Origin: Dickeya solani IPO 2222
GTDB taxonomy: Bacteria; Pseudomonadota; Gammaproteobacteria; Enterobacterales; Enterobacteriaceae
NCBI RefSeq assembly: GCF_001644705.1
Contig: NZ_CP015137.1
Coordinates: forward strand, 3,360,001 to 3,392,000
DNA: 32,000 nucleotides
Reading direction: 5' to 3'
Shown here in pieces: positions 9,524-18,801 of this stretch; position 1 is the stretch's first letter; every line of letters begins with the position of its first letter. A model generated the notes under the pieces. The model was not told where the DNA came from, did no database searches, and worked only from the letters and a program-made list of their open reading frames with translations. Both the position numbers and the translations under genes were made by a program.

Positions 9524-11404
9524 ATGATGGACAATTTACGCGCGGCCGCTAACAACGTCGTGCTGAAAATTATTCTTGCCTTGATTATTGGTTCATTCGT
9601 GTTGACTGGCGTGGGGGATTACCTGATACGAGGTTCAGGTGACTACGCGGCCAAGGTGAATGGGCAGGAAATTAGCCGGGCCCAGCTTGAGCAGGGCGTA
9701 CAGAACGAGCGCAGTCGTCAGCAGGAGATGCTGGGAGATAACTTCTCCGCGCTGGCCGCCAACGAAGGGTATATGCAGCAGTTGCGCAAGCAGGTGCTGT
9801 CACAGCTGATCGACGAAACGCTGGTTGTTCAGTATGCCCATACCCTGGGGCTGAATATCAGTGACGAGCAGGTCAAACAGGCGATTTTCTCCGTGCCTGA
9901 ATTTCAGACCAATAACCGTTTCGATAATGATAAATACCTGGCGCAGGTTCGTCAGCTGGGGCTGACGCCGGATGCTTACGCGCAGTTCCTGCGCAAACAG
10001 TTGTTAACCCAGCAGTTGATTCGCGGGCTGGGCAATACTGACTTCGTATTGCAGCAGGAGCTCGATAACCTGGTGGCGATGGCGGCGCAGGATCGCACCA
10101 TTCGTACAGCAACTATCGATCTGAGCGCCCGCGCCAAGAACCAGACTGTTTCTGACGAGGAAGTGAAAAACTTCTACGATCAGAACAAGGGCCGCTATCT
10201 GGCGCCTGAGCAGTTCAAAGTCAGCTATATCATGCTGGATGCCGCTTCCATCATGGATAAAGCCAAAGTGGATAACGCTGATATCGCGGCGTACTACGAG
10301 CAGCATAAGAGCGAGTTCACCCAGCCGGAACGCAAAAAGTACAGCGTCATTCAGTTGAAAACCGAAGCAGATGCCAAGGCAGCGCTGGAGCAACTGAAGA
10401 AAGGCACTGATTTTTCCGCGCTGGCTAAAGAAAAATCCACTGACATCGTTTCCCGTCGCAATGGTGGCGACCTGGGCTGGATGGATGATGGCTCCACCGT
10501 GGATGAAATCAAACAGGCCGGTCTGAAGCAGAAAGGTCAATTGTCTGATGTCATCAAATCCTCGGTAGGTTACCTGATTATCCGTCTGGATGACATTCAG
10601 GCGCAGCGCGTCAAGGCGTTGGATGAAGTGCGTGCCGATTTGGCGGAGAAGGTAAAACGCGAGAAATCGCTGGATGCGTTCTATTCTCTGCAGCAGAAGA
10701 TCAGCGAAGCCGCCAGCAATGATAATGAATCGCTGGCTTCCGCTGAGAAAGTTGCCAATGCCAAAGCGGTTCAGACCGACTGGTTCACCCGTGACAATGT
10801 TCCGGCTGCACTGAACTTCCAGCCGGTAACCCAGGCGATTTTCGGTGGTTCGCTGGTTGGCGAGAATGGCACGCCGGGGAATAACTCGGATGTGATCAGC
10901 GTTGAAGGTGACCGTGCGTTTGTATTGCGCGTGACCGAGCATAAACCGGAGGCGACCCAGCCGCTGGAGCAGGTGCGTGAGCAGGTGGTTCAGACGCTGA
11001 AACGTCAGAAAGCCGAGCAACAGGCCAAAGTTGAAGCTGAGAAGATTCTGGCTGATCTTCATCAGGGGAAAACCGACAGCATGACAGCGGCTGGCCTGAG
11101 CTTTAGCGTAGCGAAAGAAATGTCCTCGACCGGGCAAACCGATGCGCTGGCGGAAACTGTGTTTGCGATGCAGCAGCCGAAGAAAGACAAGCCTTCTTAC
11201 GCGGTGGCTCAGGATCAGGCCGGCAATGTGGTGCTGATCGCGCTGGACGCAGTGAAGCCGCATGTCTTGTCGGATGATCAGAAAAAACAGTTTGGCGCCC
11301 AGGTGGAACAGAGTTCTGTCGGCGCGCTGTTTGATACCCTGCTGACGAGCCTGCGTAGTCAGGCGAAGATCAAGTACGGTAGCGCTGCGCAAGAAGTGCA
11401 ATAA
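9524..11404 (+). CDS. ppiD: Periplasmic chaperone / peptidyl-prolyl isomerase PpiD
   Basis: 626 aa. MMDNLRAAANNVVLKIILALIIGSFVLTGV is an N-terminal membrane anchor like E. coli PpiD (MMDSLRTAANSLVLKII..). A parvulin-like segment (..GGDLGWM..) is present. Synteny hupB-ppiD is conserved. Confidence 0.95.
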   Translation: MMDNLRAAANNVVLKIILALIIGSFVLTGVGDYLIRGSGDYAAKVNGQEISRAQLEQGVQNERSRQQEMLGDNFSALAANEGYMQQLRKQVLSQLIDETLVVQYAHTLGLNISDEQVKQAIFSVPEFQTNNRFDNDKYLAQVRQLGLTPDAYAQFLRKQLLTQQLIRGLGNTDFVLQQELDNLVAMAAQDRTIRTATIDLSARAKNQTVSDEEVKNFYDQNKGRYLAPEQFKVSYIMLDAASIMDKAKVDNADIAAYYEQHKSEFTQPERKKYSVIQLKTEADAKAALEQLKKGTDFSALAKEKSTDIVSRRNGGDLGWMDDGSTVDEIKQAGLKQKGQLSDVIKSSVGYLIIRLDDIQAQRVKALDEVRADLAEKVKREKSLDAFYSLQQKISEAASNDNESLASAEKVANAKAVQTDWFTRDNVPAALNFQPVTQAIFGGSLVGENGTPGNNSDVISVEGDRAFVLRVTEHKPEATQPLEQVREQVVQTLKRQKAEQQAKVEAEKILADLHQGKTDSMTAAGLSFSVAKEMSSTGQTDALAETVFAMQQPKKDKPSYAVAQDQAGNVVLIALDAVKPHVLSDDQKKQFGAQVEQSSVGALFDTLLTSLRSQAKIKYGSAAQEVQ

Positions 11405-11438
11405 GCCTCGCAGAATTCTGCAAATTACTGCAACACCC

Positions 11439-11461
11439 AAAGGCCGCTTTCGCGGCCTTTT
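11439..11461 (+). terminator. Rho-independent terminator after ppiD
   Basis: AAAGGCCGC-TTTC-GCGGCCTTT followed by T. Confidence 0.7.
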
Positions 11462-11542
11462 CCACATTTTCAGTTTGCTGTTTGCCGTGTTTTGATGGCT
11501 CGGGCATTGTGACCGTGCTGTCAAACACAAGGAGGAAGCAGC

Positions 11543-11917
11543 ATGAAAAATTCAGGAATCAAAGCGTTATGTCTGATTGTGGGGATGAGTTTTGCCGGGG
11601 TATCGACGTGGCTTCATGCCTCTCCAGGCGCAACGACGCCGGATAAAGCCGGTGTCGTTGCGACGAAACCCGCTTCGCCGGAGCAGAAGCTTGAAAAGGC
11701 GACCAGGTCGGCGACAGATGAAGAGGAAGTGAGTATTAACACCGCAACGGCGGAACAACTTGCCGCGGCGCTCAATGGGGTGGGACTGAAAAAAGCGCAG
11801 GCGATCGTGTCTTATCGTGAGCAAAATGGGCCGTTTACCCAGATTGAACAACTGCAGGAAGTACCGGGAATTGGCAATGCGCTGATCGAACGCAACCAGT
11901 CTCGCTTGCGCCTGTAA
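11543..11917 (+). CDS. ybaV: ComEA-like helix-hairpin-helix DNA-binding protein (YbaV)
   Basis: 124 aa. It has a signal-like N-terminus and a C-terminal HhH region (INTATAEQLAAALNGVGLKKAQAIVSYREQNGPFTQIEQLQEVPGIGNALIERN) typical of the ComEA/YbaV family. A strong SD (AAGGAGG) is present. Position after ppiD is as in E. coli. Confidence 0.88.
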   Translation: MKNSGIKALCLIVGMSFAGVSTWLHASPGATTPDKAGVVATKPASPEQKLEKATRSATDEEEVSINTATAEQLAAALNGVGLKKAQAIVSYREQNGPFTQIEQLQEVPGIGNALIERNQSRLRL

Positions 11918-11993
11918 ACCGATTCATTGCCGGGGAACGGCGACGAGAACACGGGTTCCCCATCAGTGGCAAAAAGCGAGTGTGAAAGGTCAG

Positions 11994-12021
11994 TACCAGA
12001 CAAGCATTGGCTTGTCTGGTA
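11994..12021. terminator. Perfect 12-bp hairpin between convergent ybaV and queC (candidate bidirectional terminator)
   Basis: TACCAGACAAGC-ATTG-GCTTGTCTGGTA read directly. The flanking T/A runs are weak on both strands. Confidence 0.5.
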
Positions 12022-12032
12022 TCCGGTTACTT

Positions 12033-12728
12033 TCATTTCAGACCGGTTTTGTGCTTCAGGGAAGCCATTACGGCCGATGGGTTATGCTGGTATTCCGCCA
12101 GCCCTTTTGCCCGCAGGTGACATGCGGCGCACTGCCCGCACCCGGTTCCTTTAATGCCGTTGTAGCAGGTGAGCGTATGGTTTTTAACGGTATCAAGCTG
12201 TTGATAATAGTCCGCCAGCGCCCAGGTTTCTGCCTTGTTGAGCCACATCAACGGTGTGACAAAGCGAATGTCTCTTGCCAGACCCAGCGTTACCGCCTGA
12301 TTCAACGCCTTGACGAATTCGTCCCGGCAGTCAGGATAACCGGAAAAGTCGGTTTCGCAGACGCCGGTAATCACGGTGTCCGCTCCCACCTGATAGGCGT
12401 AAATCGAGGCCAGCGTCAGAAAAAGAATATTTCGACCGGGAACAAAGGTACTGGGCAACCCGTCGGCATTGGCATCAAATTCGGGGACCGGGATATTGTC
12501 ACGGGTCAGGCTACTGACCGCAAGTTCGTTGAGCAAACCGACATTCAGTACCTTGTGCGCTCTGGCTCCCAACGTTTGTGCCAGTTCAGCGGCGACGTCG
12601 ATTTCAGCACGGTGGCGTTGCCCGTAATCAAATGTGACGCAATGGACTTCATCATACTGCTGCAGGGCCTGTATCAGGCAGGTGGTGGAATCCTGGCCAC
12701 CGCTGAAAACTACAACTGCGCTTGTCAT
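12033..12728 (-). CDS. queC: 7-cyano-7-deazaguanine (preQ0) synthase QueC
   Basis: 231 aa. It has the PP-loop [13 protein letters not shown] and the C-terminal Zn-binding Cys cluster [19 protein letters not shown]. Recognisable QueC. Confidence 0.95.
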   Translation of the reverse strand: MTSAVVVFSGGQDSTTCLIQALQQYDEVHCVTFDYGQRHRAEIDVAAELAQTLGARAHKVLNVGLLNELAVSSLTRDNIPVPEFDANADGLPSTFVPGRNILFLTLASIYAYQVGADTVITGVCETDFSGYPDCRDEFVKALNQAVTLGLARDIRFVTPLMWLNKAETWALADYYQQLDTVKNHTLTCYNGIKGTGCGQCAACHLRAKGLAEYQHNPSAVMASLKHKTGLK

Positions 12729-12854
12729 TCTCGTTCACCCTCATGCGTGGGAGCCGCCAGGCGGCCGCTATCCGTCAAACATCTTCTGGTGGTTATGGTA
12801 CCTGAAATCCCGGCGCAGTTCAGCGTAAGGGGCGCTCGGCTTTTTGGGATACCA

Positions 12855-13907
12855 TCAGGGAAAACGATACCCTTCAGTCAGTTGCTGAAGGTAAGGGGTG
12901 ATATCGCCAATCTGGCTGCGTACCCAATCCTGATTGTAGTAAGTGTCGAGATAACGCTCGCCGCTGTCGCACAGCAATGTGACGATCGCACCGCGACGCC
13001 CTTCCGCCACCATCTGCCCGGCCAGTTGCAACATCCCCCAGACATTGGTGCCGGTGGACGGACCAACCTTACGCCCCAGAATCCGCTCCAGCCAGTAAAG
13101 AGTGGCGATACTGGCGGCGTCGGGTACTTTCATCATGTCATCGATAACGCCGGGGATAAACGAGGGTTCGGCACGCGGGCGGCCAATGCCTTCGATACGG
13201 CTGCCGCATTTCCCGGTGAGCGTGCGATCTTGCTGACGATAGCAGTCGTAGAACACCGAGTTTTCTGGATCCACCACCACCAGTTGCGTATCCAGACCTT
13301 TGTAACGGATGTAGCGCCCCAGCGTGGCGGACGTCCCGCCTGTGCCAGCGCTCATCACCAGATAGTCTGGCACCGGGAACGGTTCGCGCTCCATTTGCCG
13401 GTAGATGCTGTCCGCAATGTTGTTATTGCCGCGCCAGTCGGTGGCGCGTTCGGCGTAAGTGAACTGATCCATGTAGTGGCCGTGCAGTTCTTTAGCCAGT
13501 GCTTCGGAGGCGGCGTAAATTTGGCCGGATTGTTCAACGAAATGGCAATTTCCGCCATAGAACGTGATCTGTTCGATTTTTCGTCTGGCTGTACAGGCAG
13601 GCATCACGGCAATAAACGGCAGCCCCAGCAAGCGGGCGAAATAGGCTTCCGACACGGCTGTACTGCCGGACGAGGCTTCAATAATCGGCGTGCCTTCATT
13701 AATCCAGCCGTTGCACAGGCCGTACAGAAACAGGGAGCGAGCAAGGCGGTGTTTTAGACTGCCGCTCGGATGCGTGCTCTCATCTTTGAGATAAAAGTAG
13801 ATGCCGGGGTAGTCCGGCAAGGTCAGGCGGATCAGGTGAGTGTCTGCCGAACGTTGAAAATCGGCCTCGATCGCGCTGACGGCGTCGCGTACCCAGGTGC
13901 TGGTCAT
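12855..13907 (-). CDS. cdsH: PLP-dependent cysteine synthase-family protein, likely cysteine desulfhydrase (CdsH-like)
   Basis: 350 aa. It has the fold-type II PLP signature with the candidate Schiff-base lysine in HPSGSLKHR and the glycine loop [10 protein letters not shown]. It lies divergent to the decR/ybaO (cutR) homolog, as I recall for Salmonella cdsH. The symbol is tentative. Confidence 0.7.
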   Translation of the reverse strand: MTSTWVRDAVSAIEADFQRSADTHLIRLTLPDYPGIYFYLKDESTHPSGSLKHRLARSLFLYGLCNGWINEGTPIIEASSGSTAVSEAYFARLLGLPFIAVMPACTARRKIEQITFYGGNCHFVEQSGQIYAASEALAKELHGHYMDQFTYAERATDWRGNNNIADSIYRQMEREPFPVPDYLVMSAGTGGTSATLGRYIRYKGLDTQLVVVDPENSVFYDCYRQQDRTLTGKCGSRIEGIGRPRAEPSFIPGVIDDMMKVPDAASIATLYWLERILGRKVGPSTGTNVWGMLQLAGQMVAEGRRGAIVTLLCDSGERYLDTYYNQDWVRSQIGDITPYLQQLTEGYRFP

Positions 13908-14006
13908 GTGATGTTGTCCTGCTGAATAAGAGTTATGTTTTCAAATTTAGCGTATCGGTTTTCGCAGAAAAAAAGATTGCCTTTTTGTTTGTAAAAAGGG
14001 CTAATG

Positions 14007-14023
14007 AGAGAAAATTTTTCTCT
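14007..14023. promoter_or_regulatory. Perfect AT-rich palindrome, candidate Lrp-family (DecR/CutR) operator
   Basis: AGAGAAAA-T-TTTTCTCT (8+1+8). The central 15 bp GAGAAAATTTTTCTC match 13/15 positions of the Lrp consensus YAGHAWATTWTDCTR. It lies in the cdsH-decR divergent spacer and ends 11 nt before the decR ATG. Confidence 0.45.
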
Positions 14024-14034
14024 TTTATATCGCT

Positions 14035-14496
14035 ATGCTGGATAAAACCGATCGTATGTTGCTGTCATTGCTACAGCAGGATTGTACTCTTTCGTTACAG
14101 GCGCTGGCCGAGGCGGTGAACCTGACGTCTACCCCTTGCTGGAAACGGCTAAAGCGGCTGGAAGACGATGGGTACATCAAGTCTCGCGTCGCTTTGCTGG
14201 ATAATGAAAAGCTGGGGCTGGGGCTGACGGCATTTGTGCTGTTGAAAACCCAGCAGCACAACAGCGCCTGGTATCAGGAGTTTTCCCATTTTGTCTCCGA
14301 TATGCCCGAGGTACTGGCGTTTTACCGCATGGCGGGAGAATACGATTATCTGATGCAGGTTCAGGTAGCGGATATGAAAAGCTACGACGCTTTTTACAAA
14401 CGGCTGGTTAATGGCATACCGGGGTTGGTCGATGTCACGTCCAGTTTCGCCATGGAGTGCATGAAACAGACAACGGCTTTGCCTCTGCAGGTATAA
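14035..14496 (+). CDS. decR: Lrp/AsnC-family transcriptional regulator DecR (YbaO/CutR)
   Basis: 153 aa. [46 protein letters not shown]... is near-identical to the E. coli YbaO N-terminus. Position upstream of mdlA is conserved. Confidence 0.93.
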   Translation: MLDKTDRMLLSLLQQDCTLSLQALAEAVNLTSTPCWKRLKRLEDDGYIKSRVALLDNEKLGLGLTAFVLLKTQQHNSAWYQEFSHFVSDMPEVLAFYRMAGEYDYLMQVQVADMKSYDAFYKRLVNGIPGLVDVTSSFAMECMKQTTALPLQV

Positions 14497-14573
14497 AATT
14501 TATTCGCCATACACTTTATGTATAATAATTTGTTTACTACATCATAATTCTGTAGCTAATGGACTGAAATCGC

Positions 14574-16340
14574 GTGAGACTTTTTGTTCAACTAGGATGG
14601 TATTTCCGCCGTGAATGGAAGCGTTATCTGGGGGCGGTAATCCTATTGATTGTGATTGCTATCCTGCAATTGCTGCCGCCCAGACTGGTTGGCATCATTG
14701 TTGATGGTGTAACGCAGCGTCAAATGGCCACGACCACGGTATTATGGTGGATCGGCGGGATTCTGCTGGTTGCGCTATTGACCTATCTGTTGCGCTATTT
14801 CTGGCGCATTTGGCTATTTGGCGCAGCCTATCAACTTGCCGTTGAGCTGCGTGAGGATTTCTATCGCCAATTGAGCCGACAGCATCCTGCTTTTTATCTT
14901 CGCCATCGCACCGGAGACCTGATCGCCCGCGCGACCAATGACGTGGATCGGGTGGTATTTGCCGCCGGGGAAGGGGTGTTGACGCTGGTGGATTCGCTGG
15001 TGATGGGGTGTGCGGTGCTGGTGGTGATGTGTACCCAACTCAGTTGGCAACTGACGCTAATAGCGCTGGCGCCGATGCCTCTGATGGCGGTGATCATCAA
15101 ACGCTATGGGACACAGTTGCATCAGCGTTTCAAAGACGCGCAGGCGGCATTCTCCTCGCTCAATGACCATGCTCAGGAGAGCCTCACCAGTATCCGCATG
15201 ATTAAAGCGTTTGGTCTGGAAGATCACCAGTCAGGCAGTTTTGCCCGGGTCGCCGCTGATGCCGGTCATAAAAACATGAGAGTGGCGCGGGTGGATGCGC
15301 GTTTCGATCCGACCATTTATATCGCGGTGGCCTTCTCCAACCTGCTGGCAGTAGGGGGAGGCAGTTGGATGGTGATTAATGGCTCCATGACGTTGGGGTC
15401 GTTGACCAGTTTTGTGATGTACCTTGGCTTGATGATTTGGCCGATGCTGGCGTTGGCCTGGATGTTTAATATTGTCGAGCGCGGCAGCGCCGCCTATGGC
15501 CGTATCCGCCAGCTCTTGTCTGAGGCTCCGGTAGTCGTGGATGGTTCTCAGGAGCTGCCTGCCCAGTCGGGAACGTTGGTGGCGGAGATTGCCGTCTTCC
15601 ATTATCCGGGGCATCCGACGTCGGTGCTCAATGATGTCCGTTTTACGCTGGAACCAGGGAAAACCCTGGGGCTTTGCGGCCCGACCGGCTCGGGCAAGAG
15701 CACGCTGCTGGCATTGCTGCTGCGTTATTTCGACATTGAACAAGGTCAGATAACTTATCATCAGCAGCCACTACACCAGATTCGACTGGATGAGCTGCGC
15801 AGCCGGTTTGCGGTAGTCGGTCAGACGCCATTCCTGTTTTCAGACTCGGTAGCCAACAATATTGCGCTGGGGCGTCCTGATGCTTCCCAACAACAGATCG
15901 AAGAAGCGGCGCGGCTGGCAAATGTGCATGACGATATTCTCCGCTTGCCGCAGGGGTACCAGACCGAGGTCGGCGAACGCGGGGTGATGCTGTCTGGCGG
16001 CCAGAAACAGCGCATCGCTATTGCCCGCGCGCTGTTGCTGGAAGCCGAAGTGCTAGTGCTGGATGATGCGTTGTCAGCGGTGGATGGCCGCACGGAGTAT
16101 CAGATTTTGAGCAATTTACGTCAGTGGGGGCAGAAGCGAACGCTGATCATCAGTGCGCATCGCCTGTCGGCGCTGGTGGATGCTGATGAAATTCTGGTGT
16201 TGCAGCAAGGGCATGTCGCGCAACGCGGCGCTCATGGGCAACTGTCGCAGCAGGCCGGGTGGTATCGCGATATGTATCGTTATCAACAACTGGAAGCCGC
16301 GCTGGATGATTCCCCCCATGAGGAGCGACCGAATGAGTAA
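14574..16340 (+). CDS. mdlA: ABC transporter permease/ATPase MdlA
   Basis: 588 aa with a GTG start. [22 protein letters not shown].. resembles E. coli MdlA (MRLFAQLSWYFRREWRRYLGAV..). Walker [10 protein letters not shown], signature LSGGQKQR and Walker [12 protein letters not shown] are present. Confidence 0.95.
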   Translation: MRLFVQLGWYFRREWKRYLGAVILLIVIAILQLLPPRLVGIIVDGVTQRQMATTTVLWWIGGILLVALLTYLLRYFWRIWLFGAAYQLAVELREDFYRQLSRQHPAFYLRHRTGDLIARATNDVDRVVFAAGEGVLTLVDSLVMGCAVLVVMCTQLSWQLTLIALAPMPLMAVIIKRYGTQLHQRFKDAQAAFSSLNDHAQESLTSIRMIKAFGLEDHQSGSFARVAADAGHKNMRVARVDARFDPTIYIAVAFSNLLAVGGGSWMVINGSMTLGSLTSFVMYLGLMIWPMLALAWMFNIVERGSAAYGRIRQLLSEAPVVVDGSQELPAQSGTLVAEIAVFHYPGHPTSVLNDVRFTLEPGKTLGLCGPTGSGKSTLLALLLRYFDIEQGQITYHQQPLHQIRLDELRSRFAVVGQTPFLFSDSVANNIALGRPDASQQQIEEAARLANVHDDILRLPQGYQTEVGERGVMLSGGQKQRIAIARALLLEAEVLVLDDALSAVDGRTEYQILSNLRQWGQKRTLIISAHRLSALVDADEILVLQQGHVAQRGAHGQLSQQAGWYRDMYRYQQLEAALDDSPHEERPNE

Positions 16341-18126
16341 TTCCCGTGCATTATGGCCAACGCTGAAACGGTTGCTGGCTTACGGTCTGCCGTGGAAGAA
16401 AACGGTAGGGGCCGGGGTTTTGCTACTGTGGGTGGCGGCGGGAGCGGAAGTAGCGGGGCCGGTGCTGGTCAGCTACTTCATCGATCATCTGGTGAGCAAA
16501 GGCGAATTTCCGCTGATGGTGGCGGCCGGGCTGGCTGCAGGGTATATCGTGCTACAGGGGATTGCGGCGCTATTGCACTATATTCAGGCGCTGATGTTCA
16601 ACCGGGTGGCGGTCGGCGTCGTGCAACAGTTGCGTATTGATGTGATGGATGCGGCCTTGCGTCAACCGTTAGCGGTGTTCGATACCCAGCCGGTCGGGCA
16701 ATTGATCTCCCGCGTGACCAACGATACGGAAGTGGTTCGGGATCTGTATGTGATGGTGGTGGGCAGCGTGCTGCGCAGCGCCGCGCTGATCGGGGCGATG
16801 CTGATAGCCATGTTCACCCTGGACTGGCGTATGGCGTTGGTAGCGTTGACTATTTTCCCAGCTGTCGCGATTGTCATGGTGATTTATCAGCGCTACAGCA
16901 CGCCGATTGTGCGGCGGATGCGCAGCTACCTGGCGGAAATCAACGATGGTTTTAACGAATCCATCAGTGGCATGAGTGTCATCCAACAGTTCCGTCAGCA
17001 GATACGGTTTGGCAAAAAGCTGAGTGAAGCCAGCTGGGCGCATTATGATACGCGCATGCAGACGCTGCGGCTGGATGGTTTCTTGCTGCGTCCGCTGTTG
17101 AGCCTATTTTCGGCATTGGTGATGTGCGGCCTGCTGCTGCAGTTCGGTTTCAGTTCGATCGGCTCTGTCGGGGTTGGGGTGTTGTATGCCTTTATCAACT
17201 ATCTGGGACGCCTGAATGAGCCGCTGATTGAACTGACCACCCAGCAGTCGATGTTGCAGCAGGCTGTCGTAGCGGGAGAGCGTATTTTTGAACTGATGGA
17301 CGGCGCTCGCCAGCGTTATGGCGACGATGTACGTGCGTTGGAGAGTGGGCGTATCGATATCAGTCAGGTGACGTTCTCTTACAATAAAGGTAAGCCGGTA
17401 CTGCATGGCATCGAGTTACACGTGCCGGATCGAGGATTTGTCGCATTGGTTGGGCATACCGGGAGCGGTAAGAGTACGCTGGCAAGTCTGCTGATGGGGT
17501 ATTACGTGCCGGATAGCGGGGAAATCCTTCTGGATGATCGTCCGTTGCCGACGTTGTCGCATCAGGTGCTACGTCAGCATGTGGCAATGGTGCAACAGGA
17601 CCCGGTAGTGCTGGCCGACTCCATGTATGCCAATGTCACGCTGGGGCGCGACATCAGTGAGGAAAACGTCTGGCAGGTGCTGGAAGCGGTGCAACTGGCG
17701 CCACTGGTGCGGGCCATGCCGGAAGGTCTTCATAGCCCTATCGGCGAGCAGGGCAATAACCTGTCAGTTGGGCAAAAACAGCTGCTGGCGCTGGCCAGAG
17801 TGTTGGTGGTGGCTCCCAGAATTCTGATTCTGGATGAAGCGACCGCCAATATCGATTCCGGCACCGAGCAGGCTATCCAGCGGGCATTGCGGCTGGTGCG
17901 TTCCCATACCACGCTTGTGGTGATCGCGCATCGCCTGTCAACCATTGTTGAGGCGGACAGCATTCTGGTACTGCACCACGGTAAGACGGTGGAACAGGGA
18001 ACACACGAGCAGTTGCTGACCAGGGAAGGGCGTTATTACCAGATGTACCAGTTGCAGCAGGCGAGCAGAGAGTTGGCCTTTTCGCAACCGCACGATTCTT
18101 CCGAACTGATATCTCAGGCACCATGA
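16333..18126 (+). CDS. mdlB: ABC transporter permease/ATPase MdlB
   Basis: ORF-track entry starts at 16153, inside mdlA. The ATG at 16333 gives [23 protein letters not shown], matching E. coli MdlB (..[17 protein letters not shown]). An 8-nt overlap ATGAGTAA with the mdlA stop suggests translational coupling. Walker [18 protein letters not shown] and [11 protein letters not shown] are present. Confidence 0.94.
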   Translation: MSNSRALWPTLKRLLAYGLPWKKTVGAGVLLLWVAAGAEVAGPVLVSYFIDHLVSKGEFPLMVAAGLAAGYIVLQGIAALLHYIQALMFNRVAVGVVQQLRIDVMDAALRQPLAVFDTQPVGQLISRVTNDTEVVRDLYVMVVGSVLRSAALIGAMLIAMFTLDWRMALVALTIFPAVAIVMVIYQRYSTPIVRRMRSYLAEINDGFNESISGMSVIQQFRQQIRFGKKLSEASWAHYDTRMQTLRLDGFLLRPLLSLFSALVMCGLLLQFGFSSIGSVGVGVLYAFINYLGRLNEPLIELTTQQSMLQQAVVAGERIFELMDGARQRYGDDVRALESGRIDISQVTFSYNKGKPVLHGIELHVPDRGFVALVGHTGSGKSTLASLLMGYYVPDSGEILLDDRPLPTLSHQVLRQHVAMVQQDPVVLADSMYANVTLGRDISEENVWQVLEAVQLAPLVRAMPEGLHSPIGEQGNNLSVGQKQLLALARVLVVAPRILILDEATANIDSGTEQAIQRALRLVRSHTTLVVIAHRLSTIVEADSILVLHHGKTVEQGTHEQLLTREGRYYQMYQLQQASRELAFSQPHDSSELISQAP

Positions 18127-18148
18127 CTGCCAACGCAGTGCAGCGTTT

Positions 18149-18227
18149 CGCACCATAATTTGGCAGAGCCCGCCTTGCTGTGCAGTGAGATGCACTGAAA
18201 CCAAGCGCGATGCACTATTTTTGTGCG
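18149..18227 (+). promoter_or_regulatory. Candidate NtrC upstream activating sites for glnK-amtB
   Basis: There are three GCAC-type dyads: CGCACCATAATTTGGCA (18149-18165), TGCAGTGAGATGCACTG (18181-18197) and TGCACTATTTTTGTGCG (18211-18227). The last matches 11/14 specified positions of TGCACCA-N3-TGGTGCA. They lie about 110-190 bp upstream of the sigma54 element. Confidence 0.5.
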
Positions 18228-18334
18228 TCGCGCGCTCCTGTTTTTCCTCTTCATTGTCCATACTTCATACAGCCATCTTCCGTTCTGTCCCTAAAGGGTC
18301 GCGTTTTATCGCTTTTGCTTCGGCATAACATTTA

Positions 18335-18350
18335 TGGCACACGATTTGCT
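18335..18350 (+). promoter_or_regulatory. Sigma54 (-24/-12) promoter of glnK-amtB
   Basis: TGGCAC-ACGAT-TTGCT matches TGGCAC-N5-TTGCW exactly. It lies about 70 nt upstream of the glnK ATG. glnK-amtB is a known NtrC/sigma54 operon. Confidence 0.8.
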
Positions 18351-18420
18351 TTAAGTGATGCGTGGACATATTTGAGAGTGACGGGCGCGGGCCTGAACTT
18401 ACATAGTTAGGGGGATGAGG

Positions 18421-18759
18421 ATGAAACTGGTTACTGTGGTAATTAAACCGTTCAAGCTGGAAGACGTACGTGAAGCATTGTCTTCTGTGGGCATCCAGGG
18501 GCTCACCGTCACTGAGGTGAAAGGGTTTGGGCGCCAGAAGGGGCATGCGGAACTGTATCGTGGCGCGGAGTACAGCGTTAACTTTTTGCCAAAAGTGAAA
18601 ATTGATATCGCGATTGCCGACGACCAGTTGGATGAGGTTATCGATGTCATCAGTAAAGCCGCCTACACCGGTAAGATTGGCGACGGCAAAATCTTTGTCG
18701 CGGAACTGCAGCGTGTCATTCGTATCCGCACCGGCGAAACTGACGAAGCCGCACTATAA
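18421..18759 (+). CDS. glnK: Nitrogen regulatory protein PII-2 GlnK
   Basis: ORF-track entry starts at 18415. The second ATG at 18421 gives MKLVTVVIKPFKLEDVREALSSVGIQGLTVTEVKGFGRQKGHAELYRGAEYSVNF (T-loop Tyr51), 112 aa as in E. coli. The SD is GGGGGATGAGG. Confidence 0.96.
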   Translation: MKLVTVVIKPFKLEDVREALSSVGIQGLTVTEVKGFGRQKGHAELYRGAEYSVNFLPKVKIDIAIADDQLDEVIDVISKAAYTGKIGDGKIFVAELQRVIRIRTGETDEAAL

Positions 18760-18801
18760 CAATTACCTGATTTAGCCTTATTAAATAGGGATGAAGAAAA
18801 A

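Noticed and set aside
11982-13757. 591-aa plus-strand ORF spanning the antisense of queC, the queC-cdsH spacer and most of cdsH
   Set aside because: It lies entirely opposite two genes with strong homology-based identities. The translation is low-complexity (Arg/Gly/Ala/Gln-rich) with no recognisable motif, start context or SD. It is the typical stop-poor antisense frame of moderately GC-rich genes with RNY-biased codons.
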